This document shows positions 12,069 through 23,399 of a stretch of DNA of 45,173 nt, one piece after another. Both the position numbers and the translations under genes were made by a program. The stretch's first letter is position 1, and every line of letters starts with the position of its first letter. Origin of the DNA: Asterionella formosa (Eukaryota); contig NKIB01014304.1 in NCBI GenBank assembly GCA_002256025.1, positions 1 through 45,173 on the forward strand, read 5' to 3'. The notes under the pieces are model-generated. The model searched no databases. It was given only the letters and a program-made list of their open reading frames with translations, and had not been told where the DNA came from.

Positions 12069-13790
12069 AGTACCAGGTGAAGTATCTACACAGGTAACGG
12101 AAGTATCCTGTAATGGCAATTTTTTGGTGCGTTTTCAACCGGGTTTTGTCCTCCAAATCCAGGCCTTGTATTTGGCGTCGCAACATTTTCCAAGACAAGG
12201 TATCAGTCATTTGATATCTTTTCCAATACAAGGTGATGTAACATTCCAATACGAGGTTCACCTTGTATTGGCGAAAGGTCGGATGTCAAGTCCAATGCAA
12301 GGTGAAAATATATCTTGGTATCACTCCAATTCAAGGTGTTCCTTTTTTGGTCGTGAGAATATCATCCAATACAAGGTATTCCCTATAATGGGCTTTGTCA
12401 TATTTGCTTCCCAATGCAATGTGGCGACATTTTGCAATTCAAGGTTGCCCCTGTAATGATTTTTGACTGTTCTACGACGTCAGGTCCCAATACAAGGACA
12501 TGAGTTCCAATACAAGGTGATAAGGTTGGTCCAATACATCTAAGTTATTTCTTATCCTTAGACAATGATGTGCGGGAACCATTTTCTCACTTGGTGTACT
12601 CATCTCCACCAGTTGAACAGTGACTGCTGATAATAATAATAGGTATTGTGCCATGTGTTTAAGAAGTTAATGAAATTATTTACGCCATAGCATGTAAGTC
12701 CTGCCAGTTTCTTCTTGGACAAAACAAAACATTTGCCTGTGCATTATTTCTTACCTATCATCGTGATTCTGCTCGCTTCAGCATTGATTCAGAAGCACAA
12801 TCTCTGTCTTAATGCTTCTTTCGATGCAATTGAAGGGATCAGTGAATTGTTGAGTGATTGCAAAGGAAGCAGTCGTCCGAATTTGTGAAAGTTTTGTCGT
12901 TATATTGTTTGTGCATTCCATTTCTCAACCATGCTCTTATTTCTGTCATTGAAGTGCTTCAATGTCAACATCGTTATTGCGCTCCAATTCTAATTGACTG
13001 ATGCTAAAGTATACATGAAATGCGATGATTGCAATGCTTGGGCTTGAAAAACCAACATGTTTCAAACATTTTCAGAATTTCTCTATTGCTGCGGTTGAAA
13101 TAGCAAAAAATAATTAACGTTCGTAAAAGAACACACCTTTATAGATGTTAGCTTGTTTTAGACCTTCAAATTATTATCCTCATACTATAAAGGGTTTTTT
13201 TAAATAAGTTATTGGATTCAAATCAAGGTAAAGCTTGTATGGGCATGTCAAAAGCAAGGTATACCGTAAATTGGAACTGATGATCTGATTAATTAACCAA
13301 TACAAGGATGTGGATGCGAAATAGTAGAAACAATACAAGGAACGCACACCTTGTATTGGATAGTAAAAACCATTTCGGAGAAACTATTCATACCTTGAAT
13401 TGGAACTAATTCCAATCATTTCGTGAAATACGACCTTGTATCGGCAAAAAGAGCCTATTTCCTTGTATTGGCGAGAGCATGGATTCGCAACCCTAACAAC
13501 AAAGCTAGCCAATTCAAGGTCAACCTTGTTTTGGTGAATTACTTTTTTAACTTGCATTGGATTCCAAAACAAGGAATTTTCTTTTCTGTGGAACTAGAAG
13601 TAGTTGTATTTGTTGAATGTATGAGTTTATTTTTAGTTTTTAATCTTGATATGCAACTTATTCTCTTAGTTGACACCAAAGTATAGAATACCTGTAGGTG
13701 TTGGTCGAGTTCTCTCATTTTGAGTTCTGATATATATGATATAAATCTAACCCTATATACATCTGTATTGATGCACGGGATCTCTCACTC
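12069..13790. repeat. Dispersed repeat (copy 1), split by a 1.5-kb insertion; homologous to 44965-45173
   Basis: 12069-12088 (AGTACCAGGTGAAGTATCTA) plus 13592-13790 (AACTAGAAGTAG...TAACCCTATATACATCTGTATTGATGC...TCACTC) align with the contiguous 44965-45173. Confidence 0.85.
12089..13590. mobile_element. Non-autonomous CMC (CACTA/EnSpm-like) DNA transposon, 1502 bp
   Basis: Termini CACAG...CTGTG. About 20 copies of a CCAATACAAGG-like 11-mer lie in both orientations in the two subterminal zones (about 12160-12540 and 13295-13575). The boundaries are confirmed by the uninterrupted paralogous site at 44965-44995. Flanks TA / GA fit a mutated 2-bp TSD. Confidence 0.75.
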
Positions 13791-13855
13791 TCCCAAGCTA
13801 CTCAGGGAAAACCTTCTATGGCAAGGTTTGATACAACGAATATCGATTTGAGTAT

Positions 13856-14510
13856 GGCTTTTGACAATATCCAAGCATCCAAATCAGATCCAAACAGACC
13901 GTTTTCGTTGCACCATACCTACACACAATAAGCTGATGAAAGAACCACAATAATTAACAAGAAACTCCTGGAGATAGACCAAGACAATGACCGAAACCAA
14001 CCCAACAGCATCATTATTTAGAGTAAGGCTTTTGACGATGTCCATGCATCACCGTTTCTGTAACATCATTCCTACACATTATACAGCAGGCTACAATCAG
14101 ATGAAAGAACCACAGGAATCGACAAGAAGCTCATGGAGATATACCAAAATGACCGAAATCCACCCAACAGCATCATTCAATTGAGTAAGGCTTTTGACGA
14201 TGTCCAAGCATCCAAATCCGATCCAGACAGACCGTCGCACCGTACCTAAACAGTATACACGCAACAAACAGATGAAAGAACCACAGGAATTGACAAGAAA
14301 CTCGTGGAGAAAGCAGACCAAGACAATGACCGAAATCCACCCAACAGCATCATTAGATTGAGAAAGGCTTTTGACAATGTCCAAGCATCCAAATCAGATC
14401 CAAACACACCATTTCTGTGCGTGCTACTGCAGCTCCACAGAACATACTGAACAACAAACAGATAAGAGGACCACAAGAATTGACACGAGACTCATGGTAA
14501 CAGTCCAATC
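13856..14510. repeat. Tandem array, ~4 units of ~160-180 bp
   Basis: GGCTTTTGAC starts at about 13856, 14027, 14189 and 14366. Units share CCAAGCATCCAAATC(A/C)GATCCA (missing from unit 2), GATGAAAGAACCACA and ATGACCGAAATCCACCCAACAGCATCATT. Confidence 0.9.
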
Positions 14511-14789
14511 AAAACAAAAGAAACCAACAGAGAGACAGTAACAAGGAGTGGGGGCACAATGAAAATCCTTTACTCGCTCAAACACCACTTCCAATCCAAT
14601 TCTCCGGCTGACCTGAACAGTGCAGTCTATGAGAACCGATCCAAGAAGAACACTACCACATTTATTTTTAACCCTACTTCTACATGAGGCAGGAAGTGAC
14701 TACCTATCCAAAATTCCACTACCCCACCTTATTTGGTCCATGGAGCGCAATGACTACAAACCTAGAAATAGGCTAGTAAGAATGCGCTA

Positions 14790-17139
14790 TAAAAATGATT
14801 ATCATACATAATTTTTTCTGTAATATGCATAGTTCTTTGACAAAAAGTGACTGTATAATTGGCATGTTCTTGAATAATAGTATAAGAATCTCGTCCAATA
14901 TCATCAAAAGTAGTTGTAGGATTATCCAATAAGAATTAAAAGCTTGTCACCCACTTTGTTATCACAAGACCATCAACAGAAATTAGCACAACGTAGACAT
15001 TCCTCAATTATCACTTATCGATGTTGATAAATTAATTGTAAATGTAACAGGTTAAAAGAGGTTTACTATTTCATTTAATTGAGAAAGTAGAATTTGATGT
15101 TGATGCTGAAGATTTCGGGGGCCCAATCTCATCCCCCACCAAAGAGTCAAAACTCGGGAAGCAAGAGATGGAATAATTTGCAAAAGCATTATTATTATTC
15201 TTCACATCGTGACAAGGAGGATGATATTCTTCAATATAAAGCCTCCACTAGAGAACACGTTGAATGTTCAAGCTATTAAATATGAATTAACGATGATCAG
15301 TGTGAACATGTATAACCGCACCCAATAGCATTAAGAAATTCTTTGAAAGTTTCTACGACAGAAAGTAATGCTTTGTCAATAGTGGTATAGTTTTCTGGGG
15401 TACAGATAATTTGCGAGAATAATGATCAACCGGATGATCATTTTGCATGATGACTTAGCCTAATTGATAACCAGAAGCATCAGTAAAGATATGAAAAGGA
15501 AAATAATGAGCAAGATAATGCATGAGTGTATTTGCAACAAAGAATGCTTTCATTGCTTCAAAAGCTTGTTGATGTATAGGTAACCAGACAAATGGACCGG
15601 TTCCATTTTAATCTCTTTTTTAAATTAAGACCAAAGTTTAAGGCCTGTTGGCCTTTTTTGATATCCCAATGGGTCAGTTTCTTCAAAAGACCATTTCATT
15701 TGGAATTGTGCTTGATGACTTGCGGTTAAATAAAATCATCTGTATAGTTACCAGCTTGTATGTTCAGTGCATAAAAATAAAGCTTGATGGGTGTATCAAA
15801 CCATTTTGTAGATGTTCTGCATCATTATACTAGAAATAAATGACATGCAGAAAACACTGATATATTGTCCATACAGGACACAGTATTTTAGATAAAATCC
15901 ATCATAATTAAACCAGCTGGACAATTAAGCAAACTTGCAGATTGTATTAAAGACATGGTACTTCTGTTGCAGGATACAAGCTGACAGATAAAATTTTGGG
16001 AGCATCATGTTGTATGAAAGAGTACTGGCAAAGGAAGAAAAAGAGTACCTGCTATGCATGGTATGTATTAATTATATATGTTTGATAGACAACAAAATAC
16101 CCCGATGTACAACCATTCATAGGTTAAATATCAGGAACCACTGCAATCAAATAACATTCATCTGATGTCATGTAAATTCACAGCAGCCACCAATCCTGGG
16201 GTTACTATTGAAATGGGAACGAAATGCAATGAAGCTTATGCATTCTTAGGCAAACAAAGAAATGAGACTGGAATCAGGCCTTGAGATGTACGGGATATGT
16301 TGAATCCACCTATGCATTTTAAAATATCCCATCATGTTACAATAGCAGCGATGATATCCAACCTGGAATTATCCTGTAAATAATAAATGTTATCCAGGAA
16401 ATGACTGACATCAGCTATGTTCAATGTGGCTGCCGTCTTATATACTACATATTATAAAAATGGCATTGCTATTGTCGTACATACTTCTGTTAAGGCAATC
16501 TGTTAAGTATTCAGCTGGGTCTTAGGCACAAAGGTGACTAGCTGGCCATCAGGAGGATTCATGACCAGTAAAATTACTTGGGCAGATTCATAAAAGTCAG
16601 GAGTGCCCTACGGTTGTCAGGATTCAACATGTAGGTTCTGGGTAGTGAGCTTAATGATTAGTGTATCTATATTAGCTCCTAGTCCAAGGGGACTCACAAG
16701 GGTCTTGATGAGAAGGGCATGTACTAGGTGTAAAGAGTCCATGCTAGGTGTCATGTTTTAGCCTAGCATTGGTATGTCTATTCTAGAGATACATCTGTAC
16801 CACCAGTAGTTATCATGTAACATATAGCTGCAGGTACATATTGCAATATATACTACCAGCTACATACTAGTAACTGTGTGTATAGCATCACGTACTAATC
16901 ATGATCACTCTTGTGTACATGTATATGTACCACGTATGGGTTCCATGGTAGTTGTGTGCGTAATGTAAAAGGGTACACCTTTCACTTATGGTTGACGTGG
17001 TATGTATACATACACTGTGTATTGTGTAAATCTCTACAGTGAGAGTAAACAAGTATATGGTCTGTATAGAAGAGCCTATAAGGTTAACGTTATATAGGAC
17101 TTATACCATCTAATGATATAGTAGATCTAGTGTGGTACA
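14790..17139 (-). mobile_element. Degenerate, internally deleted Ty3/gypsy LTR retrotransposon
   Basis: Minus-strand fragments: RT/RNase H connection FVWLPIHQQAFEAMK, FTDASGYQLG*VIMQ and NYTTIDKALLSVVETFKEF (about 15300-15600), plus an integrase C-terminal GPY/F-like zone (DNKVGDKLLIL...SYTIIQEHANYTVTF, about 14830-15040). Many stops. One LTR-like unit at the 5' side. Confidence 0.8.
16796..17139 (-). repeat. Putative 5' LTR (344 bp) of the gypsy relic
   Basis: TG...CA termini with an 8-bp inverted repeat TGTACCAC...GTGGTACA, located upstream of the pol fragments on the minus strand. No second copy in the window. Confidence 0.55.
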
Positions 17140-17393
17140 TACTGTACTTTAGGTCAAGGAGGTATGGCCCTTGGCACATTACCCTAACAGGTATTTGGGG
17201 GATATGCACAAGACACCACCAAGTTTTGCAGTACCAGCCAGTGTTAACACAATGATTACTTTCCTACTACTATAGGATTTGTCATACCATGTACTACATG
17301 TACATGCCAGAGCCCTAGAAGTCTTCATCCCCTGACCCTAACCCTATGTCATCAAGTATTTCTGTTGGGGTTAGTGATCAGGTGTTGGTAGAC

Positions 17394-18512
17394 TTATTTA
17401 ACTGGGGCCTTTGTAGTGATCTTAGTTGGGACTTTTGTAATTTGGGCCTTTGTAGGGATCTTAGTTGGGACTTTTGTAATTTGGGCCTTGGTAGGGATCT
17501 TAGTTGGGACTTTTGTAATTTGGGCCTTTGTAGGGATCTTAGTTGGGACTTTTGTAATTTGGGCCTTTGTAGGGATCTTAGTTGGGACTTTTGTAACTTG
17601 GGCCTTTGTAGGGGTTTTAGTTGGGAATTTTGTAACTGGGGCCTTTGTAGGAATCTGAGTTGGGACCATTGTTGCAAGAATCAAATCTATCCATTCTGAG
17701 GCACATCCAGTTAAGTAATGACCAGAATCACTCCATCCAGAGATTGATTGAAAAGGATCCCAGTAGGCAACACCAAATTTATAGGTCCCTCCAGCAGCAA
17801 GTTGGATATCTGTCCTACTGGATTTTGTCGTCAGCAATCTAGACAATTCAAAAATGTATTTTCCTGGTTGGCCTTGAATTGGATTCGTGTGATCCCATGC
17901 TCCCTCCCATTCATTACCTCCAAGGATACCGTCTTTGTCGTCAAATCTACAATATGGACTGACTCCGTACTCATCATCTTTGTTAGCGATTAAATCGTCG
18001 CCAGTACCACCTGTAACATTCAAGAGGTACTTCACCCTTCTTGTCGTGGTACGTAGTTCCCAGTGAGCGCCTATGTCAACAATGTAATTGTCACAGCTCG
18101 CTGGGATACCGGCTGAACACCCATCGGCAGCATCAGGGCATCCTCCCATGTCGACAAAGGTTGCATCATTGCCAATCTTAAACATGGTGCCAATGGCAGC
18201 ACACTTGTGATTGTTCGTTGCGTCGAAGCTGTAGTTTCCAGGTATCTCCATTGCAAAGTAGATTTTTGTGTCGTCATACGAACACTTAAAGCCAGGGTTC
18301 CCATCAGGATACGGAGTAAACCCGTCTATCTGATACATCGTTGTGTCCATTCTGGTCACGTCCTTCCATTCGCTAAGATTGGCATCAATCGTTGGAGGAA
18401 TCAGCGTAGGTAGACAAGTCATGGTCTTGATCAGGGGGGAGCACTGCTGCTGGGCAAACGCGCATGTTGTCGAAGCAACAACGATGGCAAGAGTAGTTGC
18501 AATGATCTTCAT
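17394..18512 (-). CDS. Secreted DOMON-like / EB_dh-type putative heme-binding protein with a C-terminal Pro/Thr/Lys repeat stalk
   Basis: Signal peptide MKIIATTLAIVVASTTCAFA. Domain motifs PTIDANLSEW, YDDTKIYFAMEIPG, MFKIGNDATFVDMGGC, EWEGAW, YIFELSRLL and GVAYWDP...WSDSGHY, as in plant/algal EB_dh (DOMON-like) proteins. Followed by (PTKIPTKAQITKV)n. Confidence 0.8.
   Translation of the reverse strand: MKIIATTLAIVVASTTCAFAQQQCSPLIKTMTCLPTLIPPTIDANLSEWKDVTRMDTTMYQIDGFTPYPDGNPGFKCSYDDTKIYFAMEIPGNYSFDATNNHKCAAIGTMFKIGNDATFVDMGGCPDAADGCSAGIPASCDNYIVDIGAHWELRTTTRRVKYLLNVTGGTGDDLIANKDDEYGVSPYCRFDDKDGILGGNEWEGAWDHTNPIQGQPGKYIFELSRLLTTKSSRTDIQLAAGGTYKFGVAYWDPFQSISGWSDSGHYLTGCASEWIDLILATMVPTQIPTKAPVTKFPTKTPTKAQVTKVPTKIPTKAQITKVPTKIPTKAQITKVPTKIPTKAQITKVPTKIPTKAQITKVPTKITTKAPVK
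17404..17666. repeat. 39-bp coding minisatellite, ~6.5 copies
   Basis: Unit TGGGCCTTTGTAGGGATCTTAGTTGGGACTTTTGTAATT; the central copies are near-identical and encode PTKIPTKAQITKV on the minus strand. Confidence 0.95.
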
Positions 18513-20451
18513 GGTGTAAGATTACAACTTATGAGACAACAATGAAAGTTGTTTCCGATGTAGTTGGTTTATGCTACTACAATCCTGGTAGAACTTAATT
18601 TCTGGCACATTTCGAGTGCAATTACTATTGGGTAAGTACTCTGGTAGCAAGCAGCAGGCTCGAAATCTTCAATGGTTGAGAAGTTTCCGGAGGCACGCTT
18701 GCTAAACAGGTTGGATTCATAATAAGTTCTACGTACCTGATAAGTTTCCAACGGAACAAGCGATGGGGTATGATTATACAGGCCCGGTCTAAGAGGCTGA
18801 AGTTGCCATTACTTCCACTATCTGGCAAATAAGTAAGGAGCACGAACACTTCCATCCTCAAAATGGGGACATACATGCGGCCAGCACGATCCTGGCACGA
18901 GATTGCACCATGCAGGTTTTCTGAAGTTTGATGACAACGAGATCTTTGTAAATTGTATTTTATCGTTACCTTTGTAACGACAGAGGCTGCCCATGTTTCT
19001 ACATGCTCGCCGGCGATATGAAGTTAAAAAGAAAGTGTGCACATTTTAATTATGGCGAAAATTTCACTCGCGTAAAAGCGCTATTACTGCAACTTGTTTT
19101 TTGTGAAATGGACACATCATGGTCTCATGCGATATGCAACTAAATAGAAAGCGCGTGCATTATTGAGACCATATCGAAAATTTTCACTCGGCTAAAAACA
19201 GTAGGCATTGCTGCTATGTACAGGCAATATGAAAGAAAGACTGACGCGCGGTCTCATGCATATTTTGAATTTTATTATGAAAGAGAGAAAATTAACTTGC
19301 GAAGTGATACTCCGCAATTATTGATTTGGAGTGTGCGTAGCATAATTTATTTATACAATCGAGCGCGCATGTCTCCACGGACGCATGGCATCATGCACAT
19401 TTTGAAATTTTTATGGAGCGGAAAATTTCAAATGCTTATTGCTTAGCACCACTCCGGGGTTATGGGATATGAAAGAATATGGTAATTAATTGAACTACGA
19501 CACGTGTATACTGCCAAGAAGCAAAGGCTGAGATCATCAGCAATTTGCTGTAAAATCGCCAAAATGACGATTTGGACATCTCGGATAGTCACACCTGGAG
19601 ATCCAATCATCTTAAAATATATAATCTGGCTAGCTCGGAAAACGGTTATCTTTCATTTGTGGCATGATCGTTTTGAATATCGTACTATTATGCTAGAATT
19701 TGATTTGGCAGGAACTATTTTAGGGTCAAACTTATTCCCCCAATCCAAAAATTTGGGTTTTTTAAGCGGAGAGCTACCGGTACTTAGATTCCGTCGGGGT
19801 CAGAGATGCGGGCACAGGCGAGGGATCAAAGAACCACATGATAGTCGACCCCCGCCAATGAGTGCCACACGTCCGGGAAGACATATACCGGTAGCGGTAC
19901 ATGCACATACAGTTATATGTATAATATGTACCGGTATGGTCTCTGCCTACATACAGGTATCAGGGACCTGGTAAAAAGAATTACCGGTATACAATCACTT
20001 GTGAATCGAACATGAGAAATTTCCCATTACCATGATAAAATGACTAACAATTTTCGATTTTGTGCAGCTGCTGCTTAACACTTTTATTAGTTTCTTAGAT
20101 AGAATACACGTGTCGCTAGCAAGTAGTGAAAGAAACGAACTCGTAGCTTTGATATTCATTGCGAAATAGCTAAAATAGAAAATCGGTGGAAGCAACATGG
20201 CTTTCGATTGCAACGACAATATCTCCATGATTTCTCGCCGGATCAAAATCCGAGTAGTTCGTACATAACCGTCGTACATCAAGTAGACATATTTTATAAT
20301 ATCCGAAGCTGAAAACAACAATTGGTTTACAATTCGTGATTTATCTGTTTACAATAGGCGTATCATCATTGTCATGATGTTACTGGTACCAAACTGGCAA
20401 ACATCATGTTCCAAGAACATACATGCTTGTTGTAGCTATTTACTAACAACC

Positions 20452-21243
20452 GTACTATCTTCCAATGAGTTGAGGGTTCATAGGCAAGGATTGTTCCAAT
20501 ATTGATGAAGTTATTGACAAATTAGTAGTGGGAAGAATCACCACCGTGTAGGGTGGCTGTAGGTGAAAAAATCCGGGTTGTGACATCTAATTGATGAGTA
20601 CCATTGTACCATTGTGAATCAACGGAATACCATCTTATTCGGTACTATCTTCCAATGAGTTTGGTGGTTCATAGGCATGGATTGTTCCAATATTGATGAA
20701 GTTATTGACAAATCAGTAGTGGGAACAATCACCACTGGCTGTGTAGGGAGTAGGTGGAAAAATCCGGGCTGTGACATCTAACTGATGAGTACCATTGAAC
20801 CATTGTGAATCAATGGAACACCATCTTATTCAGTGGTACTATCTTTGAATGAGTTGAGTGGTTCATAGGCATGGATTGCTCCAATGTTGATGAAGTTATT
20901 GACAAATCAGAAGTGGGAACAATGACCACCTTGTAGGGGGCCCTGTGTAGGTGAAAAATGCGAGCTGAGACATGTAAGTAATTTCTTAAGTAACTTTTAT
21001 TTAAGGGCAATTTGTGGCCCATCAAATTTTAGGGTGTAGGTGAAAAAATCCGGGCTGTGACATCTAATTGATGAATACCATTGAGCCATTGTGAATCAAT
21101 GGAACACCATCTTGTTCCGTACTATCTTCCAATGAGTTGAGTGGCCCATGGATTGCTCCAATATTGATGAAGTTATTGACAAATCAAGAGTGGGAACAAT
21201 GACCACCTTGTAGGGTGTAGGTGAAAAAATCCGGGCTGTGGCA
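20452..21243. repeat. Tandem array, ~4 units of ~190 bp, interleaved with a duplicated piece of the adjacent transposon end
   Basis: GTACTATCTT starts at 20452, 20642, 20836 and 21119. 20972-21030 duplicates the TAAGTAATTTCT...TTTAAGGGCAAT start of the element at 21246. Confidence 0.9.
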
Positions 21244-21245
21244 TG

Positions 21246-23151
21246 TAAGTAATTTCTCAAGTAATTTTTATTTAAGGGCAATATGTGGCACATCGAATTT
21301 TTCGGCAAATAAAATTGCCGATTTTGGCATGACAACCAGAATAAAGGTAATATGCATAGAGATGGTAGAACAAGCGTAAAACACACGAGAATGATTGTAA
21401 CATGCAACATCAATGAAAATTGAACATGATGTTTGGAGTACCCAAAGTATGAAATGAGATGTAATTAGTAGCGTCAAATGAGAATAGAAAAAATTGTTTT
21501 GGGTTTGAAATGAAGTAAAAAATAAGAGTTTCAATGGAGATGGATGCATTGTGACATTGTAGTGTGTACTTACATGGCCCTATTGAATTTCCATCACAAC
21601 ACAATCAACGACCAAAATAAGAAGGGAAAAAGCTGAACCCAATCTTGACCTGCATCGTTATGTAGCATAGATGATCTCCTTGCTGTAACCAGCCATGCAC
21701 ATCGCTGTAGGAGCCTGACACAAATTGCAGTCCTTCCGCCCACAGTCCTCGTTCCTCCCACCAAACAAGAACCCTGATCATCATTCCATTCCAATCCATT
21801 CAGAGTGAGTACAATCGCCAGGCTGCTTCAGCACTATCGCCTCGCTCTAGCTGAATATACATAGCTTCTGATACGAACTCGTAGTAGAAATGTAGCAAAG
21901 CGTGTTAGTACAAGAAAAGCATTTCTTGGCGGCAATATTGACATCATTGTCAACAACTATAGAAATCAACAAATACAATCAACAACGGCACAATACCACG
22001 ACATCTTCAATGGGTAGTCATTGATAAATGCATTGGTTCTTATGTAGATATATACAATCGAAACAAAACGACAGGGCGTAACGACAAACAATGATGGAAG
22101 CGATCAAAACAAACCAAGGAAGCAATCAAATCGGAAAGTCGATAAATACAATCTACAATCCACATTCAGTGTTTCACTGTTGTACTCACCTATCCGCTTC
22201 AACTAGCATAACAAGCAGCAGACGATGGGATCAAAGAAAGACGAACGTTGCCTTGCAAGCCCGAATAGAGCAAAGGCAGGCAAGATAGAGTGAGAACTAT
22301 ATTTGTGAGGACAAAATCGGGCATACGCTATGTAAATTCAATGAATATGTGAACGATATCATAATTAAACATTCAGGTCTCGTAAAAATAATACCGAGTC
22401 TACAGAGATAATATTATAACGTGTTCAAAGTAAGCATTAAAGTATAGCTTAGACTACCGGTATGCATGGTTGTTTTTAGTACCACGTACGTAGTATGTAG
22501 ACTAGATGGCTGCCGGTACCGGTAGAATATCCGTTGAGCATCATCACATGCATGACCGGAGCAAAAACTTGCCACCAACATCAGATGTATCGATATCATC
22601 GTTCGTCCGACGAAATTATAGACGATGCGACTACATGAATCCCTCGAGAAGACAAGCAATCCAACAACCAACCGCATCCATTAGAAAAAGGAATCGCTAC
22701 TGGCGTCATCGCGGAACTGATTTCGCTTCAAACGGGTCATGATGGACGACGATTGGCATGGTGAAAGGTGCTGAATTGCCGGAGTCCACTTTTCAGGAGA
22801 CAAACAAAAACGAGGTGAATTCTATATATGAATTATTAAAATCTTTGCTTATAGTATATAAAATGGTTTCCTTAAGTCGACCCCTTGCCAATTTCGGCAA
22901 TCCCAGGGTTAAAAAACCGAGGGGCAATTGGCATCTGTTGTCTTGCCAAAATGCGAACATATGAAATATACAAAATATATTTTAATGATGGGCAATATCG
23001 GACCTTTGGCAATTTTCTAGGTGAATATAAGAAATATACAAAATATGTTTTATATGATGGGCAATAGTAGGCTAAAATTGACATTTCTGCTAAATTTGTG
23101 GGCAGTACTAGGTAAGCGAATGACGCGACGATAGCTAGAGCGGGAATTGCC
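21246..23151 (+). mobile_element. Kolobok-like DNA transposon, short copy A (one TIR retained)
   Basis: 21246-22707 is an inverted, diverged copy of 32663-34092. It ends CGAATGACGCGACGATAGCTAGAGCGGGAATTGCC|TCAA (23117-23155), matching the opposite end of copy B at 30/34 nt. A GG terminus with a TTAA-like flank fits Kolobok. Confidence 0.6.
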
Positions 23152-23399
23152 TCAACAATACCCTTCTCGGCGGCTACTTGCCTTCTCATATACATGTGTT
23201 CTCGCAGGCAAGAGAACACCTCGGGCGTGTATTGCCTTCAGTAGTTGATACCGGTATGCATACAGTGATGCGGCAAGTGTTCTTATGAATCACCTCTTTA
23301 CATGATGTGTCAATATAGCTATGTCTGTTTGTCTGACAGTATCTATCTTATCTAATTATTTTTATTCTATATCAACTTAATCTAATCACTCTTTTAACA

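Noticed and set aside
12160..13575. CRISPR-like array of CCAATACAAGG repeats
   Set aside because: Repeats are only 11 bp, in mixed orientation and irregularly spaced, in a eukaryotic context with no cas genes. Better explained as transposon subterminal repeats.
17330..17347. Telomere-like CCCTGA/CCCTAA hexamers
   Set aside because: Only about three imperfect units; compatible with chance.
19790..19860. HDV-like ribozyme or tRNA-derived element
   Set aside because: Only one 7-bp stem. The spacing does not fit the nested double pseudoknot, and there is no cloverleaf or A/B box.
20810..21413. Protein-coding genes in the 190-bp array
   Set aside because: ORFs are short, differ in frame between units and contain stops; no family recognised.
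23195..23399. 5' LTR of the copia element (TGT...AACA)
   Set aside because: Plausible, but there is no second LTR for comparison and no clear PBS, so the boundaries cannot be supported.
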